A DNA stretch of 63,881 bases, the filler included, from Octopus bimaculoides (Eukaryota), in NCBI RefSeq assembly GCF_001194135.2. It is 6 parts of 6 records of this genome, joined end to end, with 100 filler letters (N's around TTAATTAATTAA, not from the genome) between each part and the next. Parts side by side here need not be neighbours in the genome. Positions count along the whole stretch, not along the records: positions 1 to 19,061 come from NC_069010.1; 5 more parts are not named here. One strand, given 5' to 3'. Of the stretch, positions 1-11,047 are shown in pieces. Made by a program: the position numbers and the translations under genes. How positions within the stretch are numbered: position 1 is the first letter of the stretch; each line of letters starts with the position of its first letter. The notes beneath the pieces are model-generated. The model saw nothing but the letters and a program-made list of their open reading frames with translations, did not search any database and was not told the DNA's origin.

Positions 1-67
1 CACCAGTCCTCAGTCAAATCATCCAACCCATGCTAGCATGGAAAGCAGACGTTAAACGATGATGATG

Positions 68-98
<31 letters not shown>

Positions 99-99
<1 letters not shown>

Positions 100-232
100 T
101 GGCATTAGGAAGGGCATCCAGCTGTAGAAACTCTGCCAGATCAGATTGGAGCCTGGTGTTGCCATCTGGTTTCACCAGTCCTCAGTCAAATCATCCAACC
201 CATGCCAGCATGGAAAGCAGACGTTAAACGAC
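99..232 (+). repeat. SINE/non-autonomous RTE-tail family (GGAAGGGCATCCAGCTGTA...CCAACCCATGCTAGCATGGAAAG-(GAT)n); other copies at ~1-68, 5550-5695, 9715-9832, 18965-19061(-), 49375-49430, 63560-63800
   Basis: Recurrent near-identical 3' segment ending in (GAT)n. Confidence 0.75.
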
Positions 233-404
233 GACTGTATGTGGCTGAGCATTATCCTGCTGGAAGCCAAAGATGATTGTTTTTCTTCTAGCACTCACTC
301 AAGCTGCTTGTAGTGGAACTCCTTTGTTATCGTTTGGTTTGGGTTTAAAAGTTCAAAGTGGAGTAAACCTTTCATATCCAACCAGACAAATAACAACACC
401 TTAC

Positions 405-498
405 GTGGGTGAAGATCCTTCTGTAGCCTGGTGTGCCAGTGTTTCTCTTTTTCCTACCCACTGTCTTCGGTGCTTCTGAGGCTTCCACTTCTTATACG
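405..498 (-). other. Candidate spliced exon (94 nt), coding status uncertain
   Basis: Acceptor tttgtgttcaatag and donor CAC|gtaagg; purine-rich body. One frame is open throughout (YKKWKPQKHRRQWVGKRETLAHQATEGSSP); another reads RIRSGSLRSTEDSG*. Confidence 0.35.
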
Positions 499-1479
499 CT
501 ATTGAACACAAAGGTATCTGAAGGTGAGATTTCTTAAATGCATTTTTACATGTAACTACACACACTGCACTAATGTTGCCATGCGTGTGAATAGATCAAT
601 ATTTTATGGTTATAATCTATCAGTTCACACAGCTCTCTAAACGTTCTTAACATTTATTTCCTGATAAATCATGAAACTAAGTATTTTAAGCGGAACACAA
701 TCAAGGTCAGCTATTCTTGTTAGAACTTTGCAAATTCCATCCTTTTTAATACTGAAAATCTGATCCAGCAATAACAATATAACCTCTACTTGTAGTTGCA
801 TCATGTTCCCTTAATGGTAAATAATTTTCAAAACACTTGGTCCCCTGTACTGTGAAGTTCACCGCAACAACATTACTTTCAGATCTCATATCAGCTAAAC
901 TGAAAATCCTTTTAAAATCCAATGTATTTATAAAAATTTTCAGAAAAGACCTAGCAAAATATCTAAATACATTTAGTGTTCACAAAATAAAATGTTTTTT
1001 TCCTGTTGAAAAGTCAATTCATTGGACAATTCCAACCTTCAAAGAAATAGTAATTTTTCTTCAAATTTGCACTAGCAACTTTATTCAACCCTCTAAAATT
1101 CATACCAGCCATACCCATCCAAAATAATTTCCCTGTTTTATCTTGGAGATTATTTGGCCAGATCTGACCCTCTCCTACTTACCCTACAATATTATTCCAA
1201 AAATAAACAATTCACATCACTGAAATTTCAAAGCGATACAGTAATTGCATGACTAATTCCCAATCAATGTTAATGAATAAGCATTAAATTTGACACAAAG
1301 AAATCTGAATGTTCAAGAGGACAATTTCTTTTCAAGACATCAATGGTTAGAAAGATACTCGTGTTTTTAGAAAGTCTTAAGTTCTTATTTAGTATCAGGG
1401 TAATTTCAGTTTTTATTAGAGCCCTGGCATATATATATATATATATATTTTACTCTTTTATTTGTTTCCAACAGAGAAT

Positions 1480-1621
1480 ACCACAGCTGGAGGTTTCCTT
1501 CATGGATCTCACCAAGGCCTTCGATAGTCTCGCACTTCAGGATGTCAGGAACTTTCCAGGTCAGCGGCATGCATTTACATATATTGACGAGGACAGAGGG
1601 GTCCATGGACTCCAATTGTAA
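1480..1621 (+). mobile_element. Degenerate non-LTR (RTE-like) reverse transcriptase fragment
   Basis: Translates to ...EVSFMDLTKAFDSL..., matching the RT motif FxDLxKAFDSV of LINE ORF2; no intact continuation. Confidence 0.5.
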
Positions 1622-1913
1622 GCCCGTCAGGATTCGCCGCTGAGGATGTATTCATATCCCTCCGACTAAATTTAATCTCCTTCACCAAGAACGGCTGCAA
1701 AATAGGACTGTTCTCAACCCGGGAACTATACTACAACTATAGACCAGCTTAATACTGTGCCTACACTCTATGTTCTCCCCATCGTTGGGGAGAAGAGAAG
1801 CGCTGTGGACATAGCAGACAGGCGATGGAGCACGATGCACAGGGAATGGGCAACGAAAATTCACTCCCAGCCGGAGTGTGGCTTAATACCCTCACTACCT
1901 CCTCTCGGCCCAC

Positions 1914-2354
1914 TACTAAAGTAAGAGATGGAACATCATGGAGGGGGTCCCTAGCAACCTCATCTCAGTCCACTTCTAAAGAAAGAGAGTGGACGTCATG
2001 GAGGTGGGGTCCTGTGCTAAGTCCGGCGGGGGTTGAAAGCCCGTCACTACCAGGGTATGAGTAGGGTGTGTTAATCTAAATAGTCCCCGTCTATTTCGTG
2101 AATACAACAGCGCCGGGCGCAGCATGTGACATCCGACGCTGGTCGTGTCATTNNNNNNNNNNGTATTCACGAAATAGACGGGGACTATTTAGATTAACAC
2201 ACCCTACTCATACCCTGGTAGTGAAGAACTTTCAACTCCCGCCAGACTTAGCACAGGACCCCACCTCCATGACGTCCACTCTCTTTCTTTAGAAGTGGAC
2301 CGAGATGAGGTTGCTAGGGACCCCCTCCATGATGTCCCATCTCTTTCTTTAGTA
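1914..2354. mobile_element. Foldback/MITE-like element with ~192-bp inverted arms
   Basis: 1914-2105 is the reverse complement of 2163-2354 apart from scattered substitutions; termini TACTAAAG...CTTTAGTA; the short spacer includes a 10-N gap. Confidence 0.65.
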
Positions 2355-3021
2355 TTTATTCCCTGCACAAACTATTGGTACTGTGATATTTTTACAAGAT
2401 AATGGCTCAAAATTTCTTTTATCACTTCCAAACCAGAAATGAAAATCTCAGCCAACAATGTTCCTTTGTAATTCACCACTAACCAATCAGTGCTTGCAGT
2501 TGCTACATGTTTTCCTTGTATACATAAAATTTTTTCCATATTGAGATTTTCATGAGCATTATATGCTCCATTTTAATAACAGCCCAAACATCAGCAACCA
2601 AATAAATTCAGTAATACTTTACAATGTTCCAGCTTCCAACAACATCTTCCTCTCTTTCAATCCATCCATCTATGCGCCATATTTGTATACATGTATGTAG
2701 GTAGGCATCTAGATACAGACATACACAGAGTTCATCTGCATATTTATCAACATACATACATCTATACGTTGACAATACAAAACTATGAAGGTTGCTGTTT
2801 CTGGGAGATGCATACATAGAAAGTCAACTGCAACGCATCACTGAACAGACACAGAAATGTAGGGCACGAAAAAAAGGGTTAATATTTAGAAAAAAAAAAC
2901 AAAAAAACAAACAAACAAACTAACAAACAAACAAACATGAAATCATGAGCTAAGATAAAGTTATCCAGTTAGGCTCAGGGCCAAAAAACGTAAACAAAGA
3001 TTACGGGTTTATAATTTTTAC

Positions 3022-3119
3022 CTGGTACTTCAATATTTCAGGGTTAGGGATTCTTCTGTTAGGAAATCTTTGAAGTCAGCTCACAAAACCATTTGTCTGA
3101 GGCTTCCGAATAAAAGATC
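3022..3119 (-). other. Candidate spliced exon (98 nt; possible inner acceptor giving a 34-nt exon), stops in all three frames
   Basis: Acceptor atttctgtgttag and donor CAG|gtaaaa. The frame SFIRKPQTNGFVS*LQRFPNRRIPNPEILKYQ has a single TGA. Confidence 0.3.
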
Positions 3120-4758
3120 CTAACACAGAAATATTGAAATACAAGGTAAAAAAACCTTCATATCAAACAATGCTTCATGCAAACTATAATTTTCCAACAC
3201 ACACAGACACACAGACAATCAGATGGACAAGATACCACTCACATCATACTTCCAAATCCAAGACTGAAGACCTGACAATGTTTGGAGGTTTTTTTTTATA
3301 TATACTTTTTTTGGGGTTTTTTTATTATTATTATCATTATTATTTTCATTCTCTACAAAACTGACTCCTTGAAGTGGAAATCTCTCCACATCTTTGAGTG
3401 TTTGTAATGTAATATGTGTACATATATGTATATATACACACACATACATACATCTAGATGTATGTGTATATATATACATACCTACATATATGTATGCATA
3501 TGTATTTATCTGTATGTTCTTTATTGTGTCTATGCATATGTTTGTATCTGTGTGTGTGTGTGAGTGTGTGTGTGTGCATGCTTGCATGTATGTGTGTACG
3601 TGTGTACAAGGGGGAGGGAAAGTTTATTTTTACCAATTTTCTTTTTTTTTTTAAATTTTAATATTATTAATATTATTACTATTATTAGTCTTTTTTTTTT
3701 GCATTCAGTTTGTGCAAGTCTTTGTATAAAAAAAAAAAAAAGAGCCAGAGGGGGGAGAGAAAAAAAAAAAAAAACAACAACCAAAGGTGTGGCGTGTGTT
3801 TTTTTTGTGTAGAACAGTCATTTTTTTGCCTGCAGGAATAGAGTCATCAAACCAGCTGCTTTATATATATATATACACACACGCATATATATGTATATAC
3901 ATACACATATATTGTTGTCGTCATAATTTCATAGCATATTAGTGGCNNNNNNNNNNNNNNNNNNNNNNNNNNNNNNNNNNNNNNNNNNNNNNNNNNNNNN
4001 NNNNNNNNNNNNNNNNNNNNNNNNNNNNNNNNNNNNNNNNNNNNNNNNNNNNNNNNNNNNNNNNNNNNNNNNNNNNNNNNNNNNNNNNNNNNNNNNNNNN
4101 NNNNNNNNNNNNNNNNNNNNNNNNNNNNNNNNNNNNNNNNNNNNNNNNNNNNNNNNNNNNNNNNNNNNNNNNNNNNNNNNNNNNNNNNNNNNNNNNNNNN
4201 NNNNNNNNNNNNNNNNNNNNNNNNNNNNNNNNNNNNNNNNNNNNNNNNNNNNNNNNNNNNNNNNNNNNNNNNNNNNNNNNNNNNNNNNNNNNNNNNNNNN
4301 NNNNNNNNNNNNNNNNNNNNNNNNNNNNNNNNNNNNNNNNNNNNNNNNNNNNNNNNNNNNNNNNNNNNNNNNNNNNNNNNNNNNNNNNNNNNNNNNNNNN
4401 NNNNNNNNNNNNNNNNNNNNNNNNNNNNNNNNNNNNNNNNNNNNNNNNNNNNNNNNNNNNNNNNNNNNNNNNNNNNNNNNNNNNNNNNNNNNNNNNNNNN
4501 NNNNNNNNNNNNNNNNNNNNNNNNNNNNNNNNNNNNNNNNNNNNNNNNNNNNNNNNNNNNNNNNNNNNNNNNNNNNNNNNNNNNNNNNNNNNNNNNNNNN
4601 NNNNNNNNNNNNNNNNNNNNNNNNNNNNNNNNNNNNNNNNNNNNNNNNNNNNNNNNNNNNNNNNNNNNNNNNNNNNNNNNNNNNNNNNNNNNNNNNNNNN
4701 NNNNNNNNNNNNNNNNNNNNNNNNNNNNNNNNNNNNNNNNNNNNNNNNNNNNNNNNNN

Positions 4759-4794
<36 letters not shown>

Positions 4795-5899
4795 GTATGT
4801 ATGCACTTTAAGCCAACATCACTTTTGGGGAGGAAAAGGAAGAATTAGGAGAAAAAAAAAAAAAAAAGCGTCTCGGCATTTTAAATTTGTTTGTAGTTCT
4901 TGGGATTTTTTTTCTTTCTCATTTTCAACCTGCAAAAGAAAAAGAAAAGAAAAAAAAAATTAATTACTTTATTGCAGATAGAGAAATGACATGAGTTGGA
5001 TGGTTTGACAGGGCACAACAGGTCGCTGGACAATGCCGAGCACTGAGCTAGAATGAGCATTGGAGCTAGATACAAAGCATTGACCTGTTGAATCCCGTCA
5101 AAGGGTTTAAGCATGGAATACAGGCACTGAACGACGACAATGAATCAGGTCTCTTACTATCTTTTACTTGTTTCAGTCATTTGACTGCGGCCATGCTGGA
5201 GCANNNNNNNNNNNNNNNNNNNNNNNNNNNNNNNNNNNNNNNNNNNNNNNNNNNNNNNNNNNNNNNNNNNNNNNNNNNNNNNNNNNNNNNNNNNNNNNNN
5301 NNNGGGGGGTGGGGTGTTGGCCTGCTTGCCTAGCCAGCAGGGTGGCATTGCTCGATGGCAAAAACAATGCAAAGTGCAGTGTGACCAGTGATGTGCAACA
5401 ACATCTTATTTCTTTATTGCCCACAAGGGGCTAAACATAGAGGGGACAAACAAGGACAGACAAAGGGATTAAGTTGATTACATCGACCCCAGTACGTATC
5501 TGGTACTTAATTTATCAAACCTGAAAGGATGAAAGGCAAAGTCGACCTCGGCATTAGGAAGGGCATCCAGCTGTAGAAACTCTGCCAGATCAGATTGGAG
5601 CCTGGTGTAGCCATCTGGCTCACCAATCCTCAGTTAAACCGTCCAACCCATGCCAGCATGAAAAGCGGACGTTAAATGATAATAATGATGATGATATATA
5701 CATATATATACATGCATAAGTATACATACATATACATACATACATACAAATACATACGTACATGTACATACATAAATATATACATATATACATATATATA
5801 AACATATATATATACACATACATATATATAAACATATATATATATACATATATATATATACATACATATATACTCTTTTTTACTTTTTTACTTGGTTTC

Positions 5900-6125
5900 A
5901 GTCATTTGACAGCAGCCATGCTGGAGCACCGCCTTTAGTCGAGCAAATCGACCCCAAGATTTATTCTTTGTAAGCCTAGTACTTATTCTATCGGTCTCTT
6001 TTGCCNNNNNNNNNNGACCCCAAGATTTATTCTTTGTAAGCCTAGTACTTATTCTATCGGTCTCTTTTGCCGAACTGCTAACTTACGGGGACGTAAACAC
6101 ACCAGCATCGGTTGTCAAGCGATGT
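5900..6125 (-). repeat. SINE family (CAGTCATTTGACTGCGGCCATGCTGGAGCA...GGGGACGTAAACAC); other copies at ~5155-5203, 11375-11580, 20105-20275, 33495-33700, 40545-40725, 52255-52440, 52480-52650, 52860-52970, 61674-61822
   Basis: About ten dispersed copies in both orientations. Confidence 0.8.
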
Positions 6126-6154
6126 ATACATACAAGCATATATATATATAGATA

Positions 6155-6450
6155 TGGTGGTTGTCTACTCCTTAAACAGAGTTTGACCACCTCCTGCACC
6201 TACACCTTAGCCCTTTCATGGCGTCTGATGTGGCTTTTTAAACCAGACAGTGTTTTGAAAAAACACCCACACAGATTGCACCTCTGATTTGCACTACCAA
6301 TACCTGCAAGTAAGTTCTGCTCATTGTGGATCCTAACATGTCTTTTAAGACCCCCATTGGATTTGCAAACCCTCTGGCACACACCACATTCAAACGTATG
6401 CACAGACATATAATCAGAATAGCTGGATGAGGTTTGTTTTCCATGGGTTC
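6155..6450 (-). mobile_element. 5'-truncated LINE (RTE-like) 3' end encoding two C2H2 zinc fingers
   Basis: CGVCQRVCKSNGGLKRHVRIH and CNLCGCFFKTLSGLKSHIRRH, then a stop, a short 3' UTR and a (TA)n tail. The spacer is not a TGEKPY linker. C-terminal C2H2 fingers are known in RTE-clade ORF2. Confidence 0.6.
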
Positions 6451-6525
6451 GCATATATATATATCATCATCATCATCATCATCANNNNNNNNNNNNNNNN
6501 NNNNNNNNNNNNNNNNNNNNNNNNN

Positions 6526-6745
6526 GTGGGTGCTTTTACGTGTCACCCGCACGAAAACGGCCACGCTCGAAATGGTGTCTTTTATGTGCCACCCGCACAA
6601 GAGCCAGTCCAGGGGCACTGGCAACGATCTCACTCGAAAACCCTACAAGGCCAGTCAGGCGGTACTGGCAACGGTCACGCTCAGGATGGTACATCTTATG
6701 TGCCACCCGCACAAGAGCCAGTCCAGGGGCACTGGCAACGATCTA
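6526..6745. repeat. GC-richer interspersed repeat segment with an internal ~115-bp duplication
   Basis: TTATGTGCCACCCGCACAAGAGCCAGTCCAGGGGCACTGGCAACGATCT occurs twice (near 6582 and 6697). Confidence 0.6.
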
Positions 6746-6746
6746 G

Positions 6747-6783
<37 letters not shown>

Positions 6784-6804
6784 TAGATAGAGAGAGAGAG
6801 AGAG

Positions 6805-6835
<31 letters not shown>

Positions 6836-7117
6836 CAGACAGACACACCTACACAAAACCCAGTATGGGTTCCATTAAGAGAACAGCTAACACAGATAAA
6901 CAACTGAGAAACTGAAGACTCAGAGTTTATGCGTAGACTTCCTGTCTAGAGTGGATGTCACATGGTTATGTATATACACACATACATACATTCATATATG
7001 TGTGTGTGTGTGTACACACATACATATGTGAGTATGGGTATGTGTGTGTTTGTACTTTGTACATGTGTGTGTATATGGGTATATAAGCATAGATATATTT
7101 GTATGTATATTGTGTCC

Positions 7118-7155
<38 letters not shown>

Positions 7156-7225
7156 TCACGGATATACATCTAGATATATATGCATGTGCATACATATACA
7201 CACACATATATATACACGCATATAC

Positions 7226-7265
<40 letters not shown>

Positions 7266-7447
7266 CTATGTTTACACATATGTATGTGCATAAATATATG
7301 TGTATATATGTAGGTATGTATATATGTGTTTGAGTATATATATATTTATATACATGTGTATATACATATATATATATATATATATAAATATATATATATA
7401 TATGCATGTGTGTGTATGTATATACATACATACATACATACATATAT

Positions 7448-7544
<97 letters not shown>

Positions 7545-8382
7545 TACATATAAATATATTCATATATATATAGACAGATAGATATAGATATATATGCATT
7601 TGTATATGTATGCACAAACACACATATATATGTGAATACATGTGTATACGTTTTTATATATGTATATATCTACATACATATGTACATATATGTACATCCG
7701 TGTATATATATACACACATGTATGCGTACATGCAAATGTCCTTCTCATACACACTCGCACAAACATATATACACATATATACACACATGTATACACACAT
7801 ATACACAAACACACACACATATATATATATATATGTATATATATGATCTGCAAGTTTCGTTCATTCTACTCTTTATTCCATCAAACAAACATCAGATTCT
7901 TTAAAAAAAACGGGAACCAATACCAAACAAATCCTTCATAATACCTTCTAACAATGGCATCTGTATAAATCACCACGGCCACAGCATCGAAGGTGGCAAT
8001 TTTTGTTTGAAATTCCAAAGAAGAATTTGGTTATGTTTCATCACTTTGAAATTAAACCTTAGTTTTATTTATTTGAGATTGATATAAGCTGTCACACGTT
8101 CGTGAATTCCTTTGTAGCTCCAAGTTAACATTTTAATCTTTTCTCTAAATAAACTGTGCCTTATCTAACATGGCCGCCATGTGATACGGTGTTAGTGTCC
8201 CCATGGTTTGGAAAATGTAATTTCTGTTTATATAAAGTGTAAATAAATATATATATCTGGTTTTGTACACACTTCCAGCGCTAACTTCTGTCAAACAATT
8301 TTGTTTTTGTACCACATTATCTTTCTCTAATTTGGACTATATATATTTATACACACATACACACATATATATGTGCACACAT

Positions 8383-8447
<65 letters not shown>
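6747..8447. repeat. Compound microsatellite field ((GATA)n, (GA)n, (TA)n, (CA)n, (TACA)n)
   Basis: Directly visible; source of the YIYI/THTH pseudo-ORFs. Confidence 0.9.
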
Positions 8448-8940
8448 NNNNNNNNNNNNNNNNNNNNNNNNNNNNNNNNNNNNNNNNNNNNNNNNNNNNN
8501 NNNNNNNNNNNNNNNNNNNNNNNNNNNNNNNNNNNNNNNNNNNNNNNNNNNNNNNNNNNNNNNNNNNNNNNNNNNNNNNNNNNNNNNNNNNNNNNNNNNN
8601 NNNNNNNNNNNNNNNNNNNNNNNNNNNNNNNNNNNNNNNNNNNNNNNNNNNNNNNNNNNNNNNNNNNNNNNNNNNNNNNNNNNNNNNNNNNNNNNNNNNN
8701 NNNNNNNNNNNNNNNNNNNNNNNNNNNNNNNNNNNNNNNNNNNNNNNNNNNNNNNNNNNNNNNNNNNNNNNNNNNNNNNNNNNNNNNNNNNNNNNNNNNN
8801 NNNNNNNNNNNNNNNNNNNNNNNNNNNNNNNNNNNNNNNNNNNNNNNNNNNNNNNNNNNNNNNNNNNNNNNNNNNNNNNNNNNNNNNNNNNNNNNNNNNN
8901 NNNNNNNNNNNNNNNNNNNNNNNNNNNNNNNNNNNNNNNN

Positions 8941-8990
<50 letters not shown>

Positions 8991-9282
8991 TGTATGTATA
9001 TGCATGCACATGCACACAGGCACACATGCACACACACAGGCACACGCATGGACACACACACACCCACATTGTAACAAGTCCCAGTTTTTGAACAATGAAG
9101 ATTCAGTGGTTCAAAGCAAATTAAACAGCCTTGTAACTGATAGATAGAGATTAATGGATATAGATTAACCGATATATGCTCCATTAAAAGGCAGCAAAAA
9201 TATCACAGAAACTGTTACTCAGAGTTTCACGTTCCCGTTTGTCGGACAGTTTTGTTTAGAATATATATACATATATATTTGT

Positions 9283-9498
9283 AAGGTGGTGGGCTGGCTG
9301 AATCGTTAGCACACCAGGCGAAATGCTTAGCGGCATTTCGTCCGCCATTATGTTCTGAGTTCAAATTCCGCCAAGGTTAACTTTGCCTTTCATCCTTTCA
9401 GGGTTGATTAAATAAGTACCAGTTATGCACTGGGGTCGATGTAATTGACTTAATCCCCTTGTCTGTCCCTGTTTGTCCCATCTGTGTTTTAGTCCCCC
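9283..9498 (+). repeat. tRNA-derived SINE with central GACTTTGCCTTTCATCCTTTCGGGGTCGAT core (resembles the Meta-type domain); other copies at ~5405-5552, 10222-10650 (nested pair), 20352-20512, 38809-39022, 49070-49270, 49861-50408
   Basis: B-box-like GAGTTCAAATTCC followed by the conserved core in many copies, mostly on the minus strand. Confidence 0.8.
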
Positions 9499-9794
9499 TG
9501 GAGAAACATCCAAAATCCCTCAAAGTCCAGGGGAAGTTGGTCTCCAGGAACTTGGTCTACGGGGTTCACAGAGCATTGAGTTGCAGTCGCGTCAGCATTT
9601 CGATACCTAACATGAATCTTCGCCATACAAATAATTCTTTTTTTTACCAATATTCAGATGGCTTCTATTCTTCCATGTCAGCTGTCTGATTCAGTCAAAG
9701 AAACCATTCCAAATCAAACTGGAGCCTGGAGCAACTCTTCAGCTTGCTAGCTCTAGCCATCCAACCCATGCTAGCATGGACAATGGACGTTAAG

Positions 9795-9832
<38 letters not shown>

Positions 9833-11015
9833 CAAACACATTCTAAACTACCCCAGGTTTTTTGATACAAGCTTCCTGTTCCAAAGTGATCTAAATTAAA
9901 ACCGACCGTCAAAATTTCATATTATGTTCCAAAACACCAGTTTAATTATGGCAGAGTTATTTTACTAAATTCTTCATTATCTTTCAAAATTAATTATAAC
10001 AAAAAAAGCAGTATATTTGAACAGAAATATATCCTAGTCATATGATTTAGCTTCCAGATGTTTCCAGCATGTTTGTGTCTTCACCCTTTTCATGCCAACC
10101 CTCCTGAGACCACCTCTGGTTTTATAATGTATCCTTCCTCTTTTAAAGTCATCTAAATTAAAACCTTCTGACAACAAAATTTCATGTTAATTTATGTTCC
10201 AGACACCGACTTAACAGTCCTTTCTACTAAAGGCACAAGGCCTGAAATTTTGCGGGGGAGGGGACGAGTCAATTACATTGACCCCAGTGTTCCACTGGTA
10301 CTTCATTCATCAATCCCAAAAGGATGAAAGGCAAAGTCGACCTCAGCGGAATTTGAACTCAAAACGTAAAGAGAGACGAAATACCGTTAAGCGTTTCACT
10401 CAGCGTGCTAACGTTTCGTATTTCTTTATTGCCCACAAGGGGCTACACACAGAGGGGACAAACGAGGACAGACAAAGGGATTAAGTCGATTACATCGACC
10501 CTAGTGCATAACTGGTACTTAATTTATCAACCCCGAAAGGATGAAAGGAAAAGTCGACCTTGGTGGAATTTGAACTCAGAACGTAACGGCAGACGAAATA
10601 CCACGAAGCATTTCGCCTGGCACGCTCACGATTCTGCCAGCTCACTGCCTTCCATAGTTACCTTATTACAAGAGAACTAATTAAGTTATGATTTCAAAAC
10701 TTGAGAATTCAAAACTTGTGACTAACACACACCGAAGATGGGTAACCACCCAGAAACTCGGCTCTGTGTGTATCATGTAAGGCTAGAGATGGGAGCGATG
10801 ACCTCCCTCGCAAATACTAATCAGACACAAACTGTGTCGTTGGCCGGCTAGAGGCGATATCTTCCTGGGGCTAAAAACAACAGTAGCACCGTCCTCCATA
10901 GGACCGCTACATTTAGTCAGCAAAGATATTTTACGATTGAGAGTTCACGTCAGAAAATTTTTATTGCTGTGACAATTTTGGGTAATGATGCAGTTTCCGT
11001 TTGCTATATAAATAC

Positions 11016-11047
<32 letters not shown>

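Noticed and set aside
3022-3119. In-frame TGA as selenocysteine
   Set aside because: Context (FVS*LQ) matches no selenoprotein motif I know, and no SECIS was identified.
5950-6072. Tandem duplication of a SINE segment
   Set aside because: Identical ~56-bp copies directly flank an 11-N gap; typical unmerged contig overlap.
8166-8184. AACATGGCCGCCATGT YY1-like palindrome (also AAAATGGCGG near 35298)
   Set aside because: Single motifs without CpG-island or TSS evidence; cannot be called promoters.
9500-9640. GC-richer island open in several frames after a SINE tail
   Set aside because: The apparent acceptor belongs to the SINE tail; no family or donor could be supported.
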